This document shows positions 37,479 through 45,690 of a stretch of 64,000 nucleotides of DNA, one piece after another. The stretch is from an uncultured Thermoleophilia bacterium. GTDB taxonomy: Bacteria; Actinomycetota; Thermoleophilia; UBA2241. The position numbers and the translations under genes are program-made. Every line of letters begins with the position of its first letter. Position 1 is the stretch's first letter. The notes under the pieces were generated by a model. That model made no database searches, was not told where the DNA came from, and saw nothing but the letters and a program-made list of their open reading frames with translations. The stretch is from positions 13,373 to 77,372 of the forward strand of contig CAZHMG010000002.1 in NCBI GenBank assembly GCA_964533575.1, written 5' to 3'.

Positions 37479-37581
37479 CGGTCCTCCGGCGCTGCTCTGT
37501 TGTCGCGAGCCGCGCTCAGTCGTCGCTCGCGTCCAGTTCTCACGGGTTCTGAACACGCTTCCGGCGAGCGGACGCTTGAAC

Positions 37582-37611
37582 TTGACAGGACCGGATCTTG
37601 ATGAGTAAATT
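37582..37611 (+). promoter_or_regulatory. candidate sigma-70-type promoter for perR-prx (TTGACA-N17-GTAAAT) in AT-rich island
   Basis: TTGACA at 37582-37587; strikingly AT-rich for this genome; ~35 nt upstream of fur-family gene start. Confidence 0.4.
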
Positions 37612-37647
37612 TCGTACCTAGGACAGATACGCAAGAATGGAGTCCGT

Positions 37648-38097
37648 GTGCGAAGCTGCGGCGAGACGGTTGCGGAACGGGAAGCGTCGCTCATCGCGGC
37701 GCTCAAGGATGCGGGCCTGCGGCTCACGCACCAGCGCCTCGAGATCGTCCGCGAGCTCGCCGATGCTCGCGACCATCCCGACGCCGAGCAGCTCTTCCGG
37801 CGCGTACAGGCGCGTGTCCCGACGATCGCTCTGGACACTGTCTACCGCACGTTGGCGATCTTCGTGGAGCGGGGGCTCGTCGAGCGCATCACGACGCCGC
37901 GCGCCACACGCTTTGACCCGGACCTTGTGCCGCACTACCACTTCGTCTGCACGCGCTGCGGCAACCTCCGCGACGTCGAGCCGGAGATCGCCACCGTTCT
38001 CGCGCCCGACGCCATTCCCGATGTCGGCGAGGTGCGGTCGGTACGCGTCGAGCTGCACGGGGTCTGTGTCGTCTGCTCGGGGCATGGCCTGCCCTGA
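37648..38097 (+). CDS. Fur-family transcriptional regulator (likely PerR-type given linked peroxiredoxin)
   Basis: ..LKDAGLRLTHQRLEIVRELADARDHPDAEQLFRRV.. DNA-binding helix; C-terminal CxxC..CxxC (FVCTRCG..CVVCSG). Confidence 0.75.
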   Translation: MRSCGETVAEREASLIAALKDAGLRLTHQRLEIVRELADARDHPDAEQLFRRVQARVPTIALDTVYRTLAIFVERGLVERITTPRATRFDPDLVPHYHFVCTRCGNLRDVEPEIATVLAPDAIPDVGEVRSVRVELHGVCVVCSGHGLP

Positions 38098-38173
38098 GAG
38101 AAAGCCAGGCGCATCCGCGGTCATTCCGTGCGACGCGCCTCGACGAGTCCATTCACCACGAGAGGAGTTGTTC

Positions 38174-38890
38174 ATGGAGACGACGACCGCGCAGGAGTAC
38201 GTGCCGATGCCGCGCATAGGCGATCCCGCCCCGGCCTTCAAGGCCGTCACCACGCAAGGCGACATAGACTTCCCGCAGCAGTACGAGGGGAGCTGGGTGA
38301 TCCTCTTCAGCCATCCGGCCGACTTCACGCCCGTCTGCACCTCGGAGTTCATGACCTTCGCCACGCTCGAGGACAAGTTCGCCGAGGCCAACTGCAGGCT
38401 CGTCGGTCTCTCGGTCGACGGTCTCTACAGCCATATCGCCTGGCTGCGCACGATCAAGGACAAGATCGAGTACAAGGGCATGTGCGACGTCGAGGTCAAG
38501 TTCCCCCTGATCGAAGACATCACCATGGAAGTCGCCAAGAAGTACGGGATGATCCAGCCCGGCGAGGCGGCCACGAAGGCAGTACGCGCGGTGTTCGTGA
38601 TAGATCCCAAGGGGATGATCCGCGCGATGATCTACTACCCGCTGAGCCTCGGCCGGAACTTCGACGAGATCTACCGTGTCGTGGTGGCCCTGCAGACGGC
38701 CGACGCGTTCCAGGTGGCCACCCCGGCAGACTGGCAGCCCGGCGATGACGTGATCGTGCCGCCGGCCGGCTCCTGCGGCGTCGCGAAGGAGCGCATGGAG
38801 GGGAAAGACGACCTCACCTGCCACGACTGGTTCTTCTGCACCAAGCCGCTGGCGAAGGAGAAGGTGCTCGAGACCGTCCTCAGGAAGTAG
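38174..38890 (+). CDS. peroxiredoxin (Prx6/1-Cys-like) with Cys-containing C-terminal extension
   Basis: ATG 38174 after GAGGAG; peroxidatic motif FTPVCTSE; extra C-terminal ..SCGVAKERMEGKDDLTCHDWFFC.. Confidence 0.85.
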   Translation: METTTAQEYVPMPRIGDPAPAFKAVTTQGDIDFPQQYEGSWVILFSHPADFTPVCTSEFMTFATLEDKFAEANCRLVGLSVDGLYSHIAWLRTIKDKIEYKGMCDVEVKFPLIEDITMEVAKKYGMIQPGEAATKAVRAVFVIDPKGMIRAMIYYPLSLGRNFDEIYRVVVALQTADAFQVATPADWQPGDDVIVPPAGSCGVAKERMEGKDDLTCHDWFFCTKPLAKEKVLETVLRK

Positions 38891-39054
38891 GCGCGCGCTG
38901 CGAGCGGTGCGGCGAGGGGCCCCGGCCGCCGTGTGGCGGCCGGGGCCCCTCGCGCTTCTCCATCCACGTTTTGCCTGTCCGGAACCGGGAATGGCGGACA
39001 GGACGGGCGCCTGATCCGGCGCACCGCGACTGGTCAGACAAGAGGACGGGTGGC

Positions 39055-39648
39055 ATGCGAAAGCTGACCGTGAGTGAGTTCATGAGCCTGGATGGCGTCG
39101 TGCAGGGGCCGGGGGGCGCAGAGGAGGATTCCAGTGGCGGCTTCAGCCATGGCGGCTGGCACATGCGGTACTTCGACGACCTGGCCAACGAATGGGTGCT
39201 GAACGACATCGTGACGGCCGGCGGCCTCGTGCTCGGCCGCCGTACCTACCAGATCTTCGCAGCCTATTGGCCGACGGCCGGTGAGGAGGAGGGGGTCATC
39301 CGCGATCCGCTGAACACGCTCCCCAAATACGTCGCTTCCCGAACGCTGACCGGGCCGCTCGCGTGGCAGAATGCGACGCTGATACAGGGGGATCTCGCCG
39401 CGTCCGTGCGGGCGCTCAAGCAGCAGGACGGCGGGGACCTGCGGGTGATCGGAAGCTCCGACCTGGTGCACTCGCTGATCGAGCACAACCTTGTGGACGA
39501 GTACAACCTGATGATCGACCCGCTCATCCTGGGCGGCGGCAAGCGCCTCTACCCGGACGACGGCACGCTGAGACCGCTGCAGTTGGTGAACAGCCGGGTG
39601 ACGACGAAAGGCGTGGTCCTCGCCACGTATGCTTCGGCTGAGGGATAG
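39055..39648 (+). CDS. dihydrofolate-reductase-like (RibD C-terminal domain) family protein
   Basis: MRKLTVSEFMSLDGVVQGPGG.. ..VIGSSDLVHSLIEHNLVDEYNLMIDPLILGGGKRL.. signature. Confidence 0.7.
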   Translation: MRKLTVSEFMSLDGVVQGPGGAEEDSSGGFSHGGWHMRYFDDLANEWVLNDIVTAGGLVLGRRTYQIFAAYWPTAGEEEGVIRDPLNTLPKYVASRTLTGPLAWQNATLIQGDLAASVRALKQQDGGDLRVIGSSDLVHSLIEHNLVDEYNLMIDPLILGGGKRLYPDDGTLRPLQLVNSRVTTKGVVLATYASAEG

Positions 39649-39665
39649 GGCACATCCGGCCCGGA

Positions 39666-40295
39666 TCACCAGAGCCCGAACAGGCGCTCGATGCCCACCA
39701 GTTCGAGCGCCGTAGAGGCGAGGGTGAGGGCGAGGATGCCGGCGACGACGGCACGGTCGCGGGCGGTGTGCAGCCAGCGGCGGATCGCCATGCCGCCCAG
39801 CGCCCATGTCGTCGTCGAAGCGAAGCCGAGAACCGCGAGGAAGACGGCGCTCGCGACCAGTGCGAGCGCATCGCCGGAGAGGCCGGCCAGGAACGTCGAG
39901 TACATCATCAGGCCGTAGATGACGCTCTTGACGTTGACGAACTGGAGGACGAATCCGCCGATGAACCCGTGCAGCCGCGGAACGTCGCCGTCCGCCGCGG
40001 CCCCGAGCTGGTCTCGCTTGAGCCAGGTGACCAGGGCCAGCCAGCAGATGTAGACAGCGCCGACCCAGCGCAGGAATGGCTCGACGCCGGGGACGGCGCG
40101 CAGCAGCGTCGAGGACGCCAGCGCGCAGGCGATCAGGACGATCCCGAAGCCGATCGTGATGCCGAGGATGAAGGGGATCGTGCGGCGGTACCCGCGCATG
40201 ACACCGAGCGTGCCGCTCATGACGTTGTTCGGCCCGGGACTGAAGGTGCCGGCGAGGGCGAACGCGAGGGCGGAAGCGAGCGGGACTTGATACAT
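39666..40295 (-). CDS. LysE/RhtB-family amino-acid exporter
   Basis: MYQVPLASALAFALAGTFSPGPNN.. N-terminal LysE motif, six TM helices; upstream in-frame extension is read-through of tRNA fragment and rejected. Confidence 0.7.
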   Translation of the reverse strand: MYQVPLASALAFALAGTFSPGPNNVMSGTLGVMRGYRRTIPFILGITIGFGIVLIACALASSTLLRAVPGVEPFLRWVGAVYICWLALVTWLKRDQLGAAADGDVPRLHGFIGGFVLQFVNVKSVIYGLMMYSTFLAGLSGDALALVASAVFLAVLGFASTTTWALGGMAIRRWLHTARDRAVVAGILALTLASTALELVGIERLFGLW

Positions 40296-40357
40296 GCCCT
40301 GTATCTTACGTCGCCGTCCCTTTGCGGGTCGTCCCGCACATACGCTGACGGCGTCGA

Positions 40358-40423
40358 TGGCGGAGAGGGGGGGATTCGAACCCCCGAACCGAGAGGACCC
40401 GGTTAACGGTTTTCGAGGCCGCT
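40358..40423 (-). other. 3' two-thirds of a tRNA-Ser(CGA) (anticodon arm to CCA), no 5' acceptor/D-arm: putative prophage attachment-site repeat
   Basis: Minus-strand ..GCGGCCTCGAAAACCGTTAACCGGGTCCTCTCGGTTCGGGGGTTCGAATCCCCCCCTCTCCGCCA: anticodon loop CUCGAAA, long variable arm, T-arm GGGGGTTCGAATCCCCC, acceptor 3' strand + CCA; upstream sequence cannot form the complementary GGAGAGG 5' strand or a D-arm. Confidence 0.6.
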
Positions 40424-40511
40424 GTATCATGATGCCGCCTATGTCTTTTCCGCTGCAATCCGTGTACTTTTCGTGTCACCCCGCGCGGCCTACTCGCGAG
40501 CCCACGTTCAG

Positions 40512-40541
40512 AGTTTGCCGCGAGTTTGCCGGGTATTTGCC
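40512..40541. repeat. three 11-bp-phased direct repeats (AGTTTGCCG / AGTTTGCCG / TATTTGCCG), candidate integrase/Xis arm-type sites
   Basis: gAGTTTGCCGcgAGTTTGCCGggTATTTGCCGgg immediately inside the prophage next to the tRNA fragment. Confidence 0.45.
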
Positions 40542-40553
40542 GGGCGCCGGAAG

Positions 40554-40973
40554 TCAGAAGAGCCGCAGTTGCGGCGGCCGGCGCCGGCGCGTGAAGCGAA
40601 ACGGCCAGGAGCGGAGCGTGTAGCCCGGCAGGCCCTCGAGCGCGTCGACGCGCCAGCCGTAGCGCCGGCGCAGCTTGTCGACCGCGTTATGCACGTCCAG
40701 GTGATCCGCCAGGATCCCGAGCCGCTCGAGCTCGGCTTGCACGTGTACCCGCTCGCCCGGCGCGAGCGCCGCCCGCGTCGCGAGCAGGCCGGCGACGGCG
40801 AGCACGAGATCTTCCGGCTCGAGGATTCGGAACGCCGGCGCCTCGGCCGTCTCAGCGGCCGCAGAACGGGCGCACGGCGAGCAGAGGCCCTCGGGCTCGC
40901 CCGCCGCACGAAAGCGCGACAGGCGAGCCCCACAGCGGGCGCACGTCTCGACGGAAGCGGGCGCCGCGATCAA
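40554..40973 (-). CDS. prophage hypothetical protein
   Basis: 139-aa ORF ending the leftward transcript; stop/start overlap with RusA gene. Confidence 0.45.
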   Translation of the reverse strand: MIAAPASVETCARCGARLSRFRAAGEPEGLCSPCARSAAAETAEAPAFRILEPEDLVLAVAGLLATRAALAPGERVHVQAELERLGILADHLDVHNAVDKLRRRYGWRVDALEGLPGYTLRSWPFRFTRRRRPPQLRLF

Positions 40974-41377
40974 GCGGCGCCCTTCGCATAGATCCGGAGC
41001 TCGAGGCGCGGCCGCTCGCGGTCGACGGCGAAGCCCGTCTCGACGGCGAGCGCCTGGCGATCATCGGCGAAGACGCCGGCGGCCTGTAGGAGATCCATCG
41101 TCGCCTTGATCCGGTTGTGAGTGTCGCGCCGGCGGCGATCCGGCCAGAAGTAGGCGAGCTCGACGACGACCGGCACGCCGGCGGGTATCGTTTGCCAGTT
41201 TTCCCGCACCTTCGCCTTGAAGACAGCCCACCACGCACGCGAGCGCCACATCTTGAGCTCGCGCGACGGGACTTGCGCCGTGTAGACCTTGCCCGTCCGG
41301 CGTGAGCGCCGCTTCGCCGGCACGTGAGAATGATTGACGCTCGGCGGGAGATCGAGCGCGAGACGGAGTTCGGCCAT
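40970..41377 (-). CDS. rusA: RusA-family Holliday-junction resolvase
   Basis: MAELRLALDLPPSVNHSHVPAKRRSRRTGKVYTAQ.. ..VVVELAYFWPDRRRRDTHNRIKATMDLL.. conserved Asp triad context. Confidence 0.75.
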   Translation of the reverse strand: MAELRLALDLPPSVNHSHVPAKRRSRRTGKVYTAQVPSRELKMWRSRAWWAVFKAKVRENWQTIPAGVPVVVELAYFWPDRRRRDTHNRIKATMDLLQAAGVFADDRQALAVETGFAVDRERPRLELRIYAKGAA

Positions 41378-41607
41378 CAGCGCGGCGCCTTCCACTCGGA
41401 GCAATAGAAAGTCTCCGGCAGCCGACGACCGGCATCGATGAGCGTCCGCCGGATCGGACACGAGCGCGGCGGATACTTGCACGATTGACAGCGCCGGCCC
41501 CGCTCGGCCACGAGCGCGGCCACCGCGAGACAGCCCTCACAGCGCGCCGGCGGCGCTGTCAGCAGCGCGGCGAGCGCGCCACCCTCGGAAATGCTCGCGC
41601 CGCCCAT
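41377..41607 (-). CDS. small Cys-rich prophage protein
   Basis: 76 aa, CEGC..CQSC..C motif; TGATG overlaps with SSB stop and rusA start. Confidence 0.45.
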   Translation of the reverse strand: MGGASISEGGALAALLTAPPARCEGCLAVAALVAERGRRCQSCKYPPRSCPIRRTLIDAGRRLPETFYCSEWKAPR

Positions 41608-42065
41608 CAGAACGGAATGTCGTCGTCTTCGGCGTCGAGCGCGCGTTTCACGTCCTCGCGTGTCGCCTCGGGACGCGGCGCGGCTCGGCCTTGGTCGGAG
41701 TAGTGCCCCGATCCGCCGGCGCCGTCCTGGCGCGGCCCGAGCGCCTGCACGTTGTCGGCGATGACGTCGACCCGCTCGCGTTTGCTGCCGTCTTGCGCGT
41801 CCCACTCAGACCAGCGCAGCCGGCCGTCGATCGCGACTTGTCGCCCCTTCGTGAGCCAGCCGGCGAGCGCCTCGCCTCGAGATCCGAAGATGCTCACGTT
41901 GAAGTAGTTTGCGCGATCGCGCCACTCGCCCGACTGCTGATCTTTCACATTCTCGTTGACCGCGATCCGCAGCGAGCAGACCGGCGTCCCGCCAGGCGTC
42001 GCGCGGAGCTCGGGATCTCTCGTCAGATTGCCGACGAGCACGACGCGATTCGTCGAGCCGCTCAT
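41607..42065 (-). CDS. ssb: single-stranded DNA-binding protein
   Basis: OB-fold N-terminus MSGSTNRVVLVGNLTRDPELR.., acidic C-terminal tail ..DDDIPF. Confidence 0.9.
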   Translation of the reverse strand: MSGSTNRVVLVGNLTRDPELRATPGGTPVCSLRIAVNENVKDQQSGEWRDRANYFNVSIFGSRGEALAGWLTKGRQVAIDGRLRWSEWDAQDGSKRERVDVIADNVQALGPRQDGAGGSGHYSDQGRAAPRPEATREDVKRALDAEDDDIPF

Positions 42066-42286
42066 GCCTTCCCCCTCGCTTTCGATGAGTCGCCGGCGGC
42101 GTGAAGCCGCCGGCACGTGTAGCAGGCTCCGAACGTCTCGCGCCAGGCGTTGGCGTCGATCTCGACATACTCGCCGAGTAAGCCGATCGAGCGGCCGCAC
42201 AGTGTCTCGCAGCCGTCGACGACGTGAAGAGATCCGCCCGGCCGAAGCCGGGCGCAGGAGATCCGTGCAGGAGTTGCGTTGCTCAT
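42062..42286 (-). CDS. small Cys-rich prophage protein
   Basis: 74 aa with CARL..C..C..CYTC; 4-nt overlap chain. Confidence 0.4.
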   Translation of the reverse strand: MSNATPARISCARLRPGGSLHVVDGCETLCGRSIGLLGEYVEIDANAWRETFGACYTCRRLHAAGDSSKARGKA

Positions 42287-42567
42287 GATTCAGCCCTCGG
42301 AAGCACAGTCAGGACGACGGCCGGCCGGCGCGCCGGACGATGGACGATCAGCCGACACCCGTCGGCGCGATAGACCTCTTCGCCCGTCGGCCGGCGCCCG
42401 ATGAAAACAGCCTCGCGAGCGAGCCGCTCGAGCGCCTCGCGGCCGCCCTGGCGTGTCGCCTCGGCGTGTCTGCTCAAGTAGGAGTCGAGCGCGTGATGCG
42501 TGATCTCGCAGGCCCCGAGCTTGCGCGGCCGGCGACGGCTCGGCGGCTGCCAGTTGGAGCCCCTCAT
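42283..42567 (-). CDS. prophage hypothetical protein
   Basis: 94-aa frame chosen because its ATG overlaps the upstream stop (ATGA) in the overlap chain. Confidence 0.4.
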   Translation of the reverse strand: MRGSNWQPPSRRRPRKLGACEITHHALDSYLSRHAEATRQGGREALERLAREAVFIGRRPTGEEVYRADGCRLIVHRPARRPAVVLTVLPRAES

Positions 42568-42758
42568 GCGTCGGCCCTCTCGATCTCGGCGTCGCGCCGC
42601 TTGCCGATCGCCTCGAGCTCGGCGCCGCACAGATGCATGAGCGCCTCGCTCGGATCCGTCTCGGCGATCGAGATCCCGTCGAGCGCGGCCGGCGGACGGA
42701 GCGCGAAGCGGATCTCGGCGAGATCGCCGAACTTGTCGCGGACGAGATAGGCCCTCAT
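42564..42758 (-). CDS. prophage hypothetical protein
   Basis: 64 aa, start overlaps upstream stop. Confidence 0.35.
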   Translation of the reverse strand: MRAYLVRDKFGDLAEIRFALRPPAALDGISIAETDPSEALMHLCGAELEAIGKRRDAEIERADA

Positions 42759-43057
42759 GACGACCACCCATCGGACGGCCGCGCGCCGCGCATCGAGAAC
42801 CGCGACGGATCCCAATCACACACAGCTTGCTCGCGCGTCGCTCTCACGAGCCAGGCGCAACGGTCGAAATGCTCGCAGTCGCCGCAGGCTTGCGTTCCGT
42901 CGCAGGCGGCCGGCGTTGGAGCGCCGGCGCGCTCGCCGGCCTTGTAGCCGGCGCGGAAAGCGTCGTCGCGGCCGCCGGCGGCGAACATTGAGCAGAAGAG
43001 CAGTCCCGCGGCGAAAGCGGCCGCGAGCGCGCCGATATGCAGGAGTAGAGAGATCAT
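42755..43057 (-). CDS. prophage small membrane protein
   Basis: MISLLLHIGALAAAFAAGLLFCSMFAAGG TM helix; C-terminal Cys cluster. Confidence 0.4.
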   Translation of the reverse strand: MISLLLHIGALAAAFAAGLLFCSMFAAGGRDDAFRAGYKAGERAGAPTPAACDGTQACGDCEHFDRCAWLVRATREQAVCDWDPSRFSMRGARPSDGWSS

Positions 43058-43251
43058 CGCGATTCCCCCTCGAAATGGTCGATCCAACGCGCGGGAATGC
43101 GGACCGGCTTTGCGTTCGCCGGCCGGATGCACGCGCTCAGGCAGTTATTGCCAGGCACAAAGCCGGGCTCGCCGTCGTGCACAAGCTCGACCTCTTCGCC
43201 GGCGCGGCGCGCCCAGGCGCCGCCGGCGTTCTCATTGACGACGGCCCTCAT
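43054..43251 (-). CDS. prophage hypothetical protein
   Basis: 65 aa, overlap chain. Confidence 0.35.
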   Translation of the reverse strand: MRAVVNENAGGAWARRAGEEVELVHDGEPGFVPGNNCLSACIRPANAKPVRIPARWIDHFEGESR

Positions 43252-43547
43252 GAGAAGACCCCCGTCCAGTCGCAATCGAAACAGACGCCCGGCCCGCCGA
43301 TCGTGCCGGCGACACGCTCGGAGCCACACTTCGGACACCGGAACGAGGCGATCGCTACGCCGGCCGAGATCTCGCGGCAGCGGCGCAAGACGAGCGCCAC
43401 CGGCGGGAGCTCGAGCTCTTCGCAGATGAGCGCTGCAGCGGCGCGCTTCGCCACATCAGCAGAGACGCCGGCCTGCGCGAGCGCCATCGTGTAGATCGCT
43501 TCGCTCTCAGTCCGCCAGGCGGCCCGCGGGAAGGCCGCGGCGATCAT
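43248..43547 (-). CDS. prophage protein with C-terminal zinc-ribbon (CPKCG..CFDCDW); start uncertain
   Basis: ORF 43248..43622; upstream part overlaps HNH gene end, so an internal Met was preferred. Confidence 0.4.
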   Translation of the reverse strand: MIAAAFPRAAWRTESEAIYTMALAQAGVSADVAKRAAAALICEELELPPVALVLRRCREISAGVAIASFRCPKCGSERVAGTIGGPGVCFDCDWTGVFS

Positions 43548-44646
43548 CCGGACGGCCGCCAACAGGTCGCGAGGATCCGCCGCCGGGCTCGACAGTTCGG
43601 TTGTCATGAGTGACACCCCCATTCAAGCCGAACGCTTCAGCGCCGGCCGCGAGAACATCAGAGAGAACGCGATCGCGTCGCGGTTCCATGCCGCCGTGAG
43701 GCTCGCCGGTTGCCCACTCCGGCCAGATCGCCGACTTGCCTCGCGCCGGCTTTGCGAGAAACGTCGCCGCGTGCTTCAACTTGCAGTCGGTCGCCTCACA
43801 GTGAGCGCGATACGCGATAGCAGCGGCCAGGAGATCGGCGGCGTCGACCCGCTTCGCGCGGCGCCACCAGAGATAGAGATCCCGCGCTCGAGCCTTGTCG
43901 CCGACGCGGCCATACGCCACCCACCAGCCCTCGAAAGCCTCCTCGAGATCCTCGCCCCCGCTGTGGGGATCCGCAGGATTCCCACAAGGGGTTTCTTCCG
44001 AAGACAGAAGACAAGACCCCAAAGACAGAAGACCACGTGCAACGACGGCCCGACCTTGACCCGACGTTGATTCAACGTCGGCGCAAGGTTGCGCGATGCT
44101 CGCGGCGCGGTCGCGGTTTCCTTTGGCCGAGTTGCAGCGAACGCACAGCGTTTGCAGGTTGTCATCAGCCGACGAGCCGCCGCGGGATCTCGGCACGATA
44201 TGGTCAATGGAGAGCCGCTCAGCACTCCCACACTCGACGCACCGGCGGCCGTCTCGCTCGAGGATCCGCTCGCGTTGCGCGCCCGTCACGGGCTCGGCGC
44301 TGTAGGAGTCCGCCGGCGCGCCCGTCGGCGCAGGAATGACGCTCGGCGCCTCTTTGTAATGCGGTTGTTGGTGCTTATGCCAGGACGGAATGGCGATATA
44401 GGGCCGGCCGGCGGCCTCATAGCGCACGATGAGCCCGCGGCCGGCGAGCTCGTCGAGCAGCGCGTCACAGTCGCATTCGTCATACGGCAGGCACTCGGCC
44501 TTGATCCGCCGCGGCCGGTCCTCGAGGCGCCCTTCGCGGTCCGCGATCGTCCAGAGGCCGGCGAAGAGCAGACGCGCGAGCGGCTCGCACTCGGCGAGCT
44601 CTTCGTCGAGGAAGAAGCCCGGCTTGATTGTCCGCAGCCTAGCCAC
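43507..44646 (-). CDS. HNH endonuclease with N-terminal conserved phage domain
   Basis: ..CVECGSAERLSIDHIVPRSRGGSSADDNLQTLCVRCNSAKGN.. HNH motif; N-terminal MARLRTIKPGFFLDEELAECEPLARLLFAGLWTIADREGRLEDRPRRIKAECLPYD module. Confidence 0.75.
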   Translation of the reverse strand: MARLRTIKPGFFLDEELAECEPLARLLFAGLWTIADREGRLEDRPRRIKAECLPYDECDCDALLDELAGRGLIVRYEAAGRPYIAIPSWHKHQQPHYKEAPSVIPAPTGAPADSYSAEPVTGAQRERILERDGRRCVECGSAERLSIDHIVPRSRGGSSADDNLQTLCVRCNSAKGNRDRAASIAQPCADVESTSGQGRAVVARGLLSLGSCLLSSEETPCGNPADPHSGGEDLEEAFEGWWVAYGRVGDKARARDLYLWWRRAKRVDAADLLAAAIAYRAHCEATDCKLKHAATFLAKPARGKSAIWPEWATGEPHGGMEPRRDRVLSDVLAAGAEAFGLNGGVTHDNRTVEPGGGSSRPVGGRPDDRRGLPAGRLAD

Positions 44647-45133
44647 GGCTCGCCGCTCCCTGGCACTCAGCTAGAGAGGCGCGCAGCGCGTAGAGGCCCG
44701 ACCAGCTTCGGACGATCGGGATCCCGAGCTCATGCGAGAGCTCGATCTCGCGGCGGACGCCGCCGCTCGGCCGGCCGTCGCGATGCGTATCGGAGACGAC
44801 GAAGATCGCGGCGCCGGCGCCGGCGCGGATCGCGAACGCACAGAGCTTGAGCAGATCGCGCGAGCGCGCCTGGTACGTCCGGACGGAGAGCGCCTCGGGA
44901 CGCATGAGCCCCTCGAGCAGATCGCCGGCCGGATTGATCGGACAGAACCGCGCCTCGACGAGCTCGCGGCTCACGCTCGAGAGCTCGCAGACGTTCGCCA
45001 GGTACTCGCCGGGATCCCCAGAGAGCCGGCCCGCGACGTACACGAAGAACGGCTCAGGCGATCCGATGAGCTCGGCGCAGGGATACTCAGGACAGGCGCC
45101 AGGCGCGCAGCGCGTGTCACAGTCGCGCATCAT
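44639..45133 (-). CDS. DUF4406-family protein (nucleoside 2-deoxyribosyltransferase-like fold)
   Basis: ..EPFFVYVAGRLSGDPGEYLANV.. ..AAIFVVSDTHRDGRPSGGVRREIELSHELGIPIV.. pattern. Confidence 0.55.
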   Translation of the reverse strand: MMRDCDTRCAPGACPEYPCAELIGSPEPFFVYVAGRLSGDPGEYLANVCELSSVSRELVEARFCPINPAGDLLEGLMRPEALSVRTYQARSRDLLKLCAFAIRAGAGAAIFVVSDTHRDGRPSGGVRREIELSHELGIPIVRSWSGLYALRASLAECQGAASRG

Positions 45134-45690
45134 GAGCCGGCCCCCCTCTCTAGCTCGAGGCGGTACGGAACGCGGCCCTGGCGGGCGAGCAGGCGATAGA
45201 GCGCGACGATGCGTCGCTCGGTAGAGACGCGGATCCGCGACGAGCGCGCTTCCCCGAGACTTGCATATGCGCGGCCCGTCATGCGCGCGACTTCGGCGCG
45301 CGTGAAGCCGGCGGCCTGCAAGGCGCGCAGGATCTCGCGCGCCGTCGTGTTCGGTATGACGTGACGCCCCGAGAGATCAGAGAGCGTCACCCCGAGGATC
45401 CGATCGGCCGTCGAGGCGTACACCGTCGCGACGCGGCCGCGGGCGATCTCGCTCACCGTCTGGACGCTAAGGCCGGCGGCCGTCGCGATCGCCGCCCGAG
45501 ACGCGCCGAGAGCGACGAGCGTCGCGACGTACTCGCGCGCCTCGTCGGCCGGGACGCGGCGACGGATCCCGGCCGCGTGTTCCCGGCGCCGCTCGGAGAC
45601 GTAGCGCGAATGAGCGGCTCGGCAGGGTACACACCTACACCCAGCCCCATAGCGGCGATTCGTGCCGTGCGCGTGCTGCGGCCGCATCAT
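45130..45690 (-). CDS. putative DNA-binding protein with N-terminal HGTxxRYxxGCRCxxC motif
   Basis: MMRPQHAHGTNRRYGAGCRCVPCRAAH.. followed by helix-turn-helix-like ..LSVQTVSEIARGRV.. Confidence 0.5.
   Translation of the reverse strand: MMRPQHAHGTNRRYGAGCRCVPCRAAHSRYVSERRREHAAGIRRRVPADEAREYVATLVALGASRAAIATAAGLSVQTVSEIARGRVATVYASTADRILGVTLSDLSGRHVIPNTTAREILRALQAAGFTRAEVARMTGRAYASLGEARSSRIRVSTERRIVALYRLLARQGRVPYRLELERGAGS

Noticed and set aside
40296-40430. Upstream start for the LysE gene (ORF 39666..40430, 254 aa)
   Set aside because: The extra 45 codons (..SRFGGSNPPLS..) are a translation of the tRNA fragment. The conserved LysE N-terminus begins at the internal Met (40295).
40358-40440. 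Complete tRNA gene at the LysE/prophage junction
   Set aside because: Only the anticodon arm to CCA end matches tRNA-Ser. The upstream ~25 nt cannot form an acceptor 5' strand (needs GGAGAGG) or a D-arm. Interpreted as att-site fragment instead.
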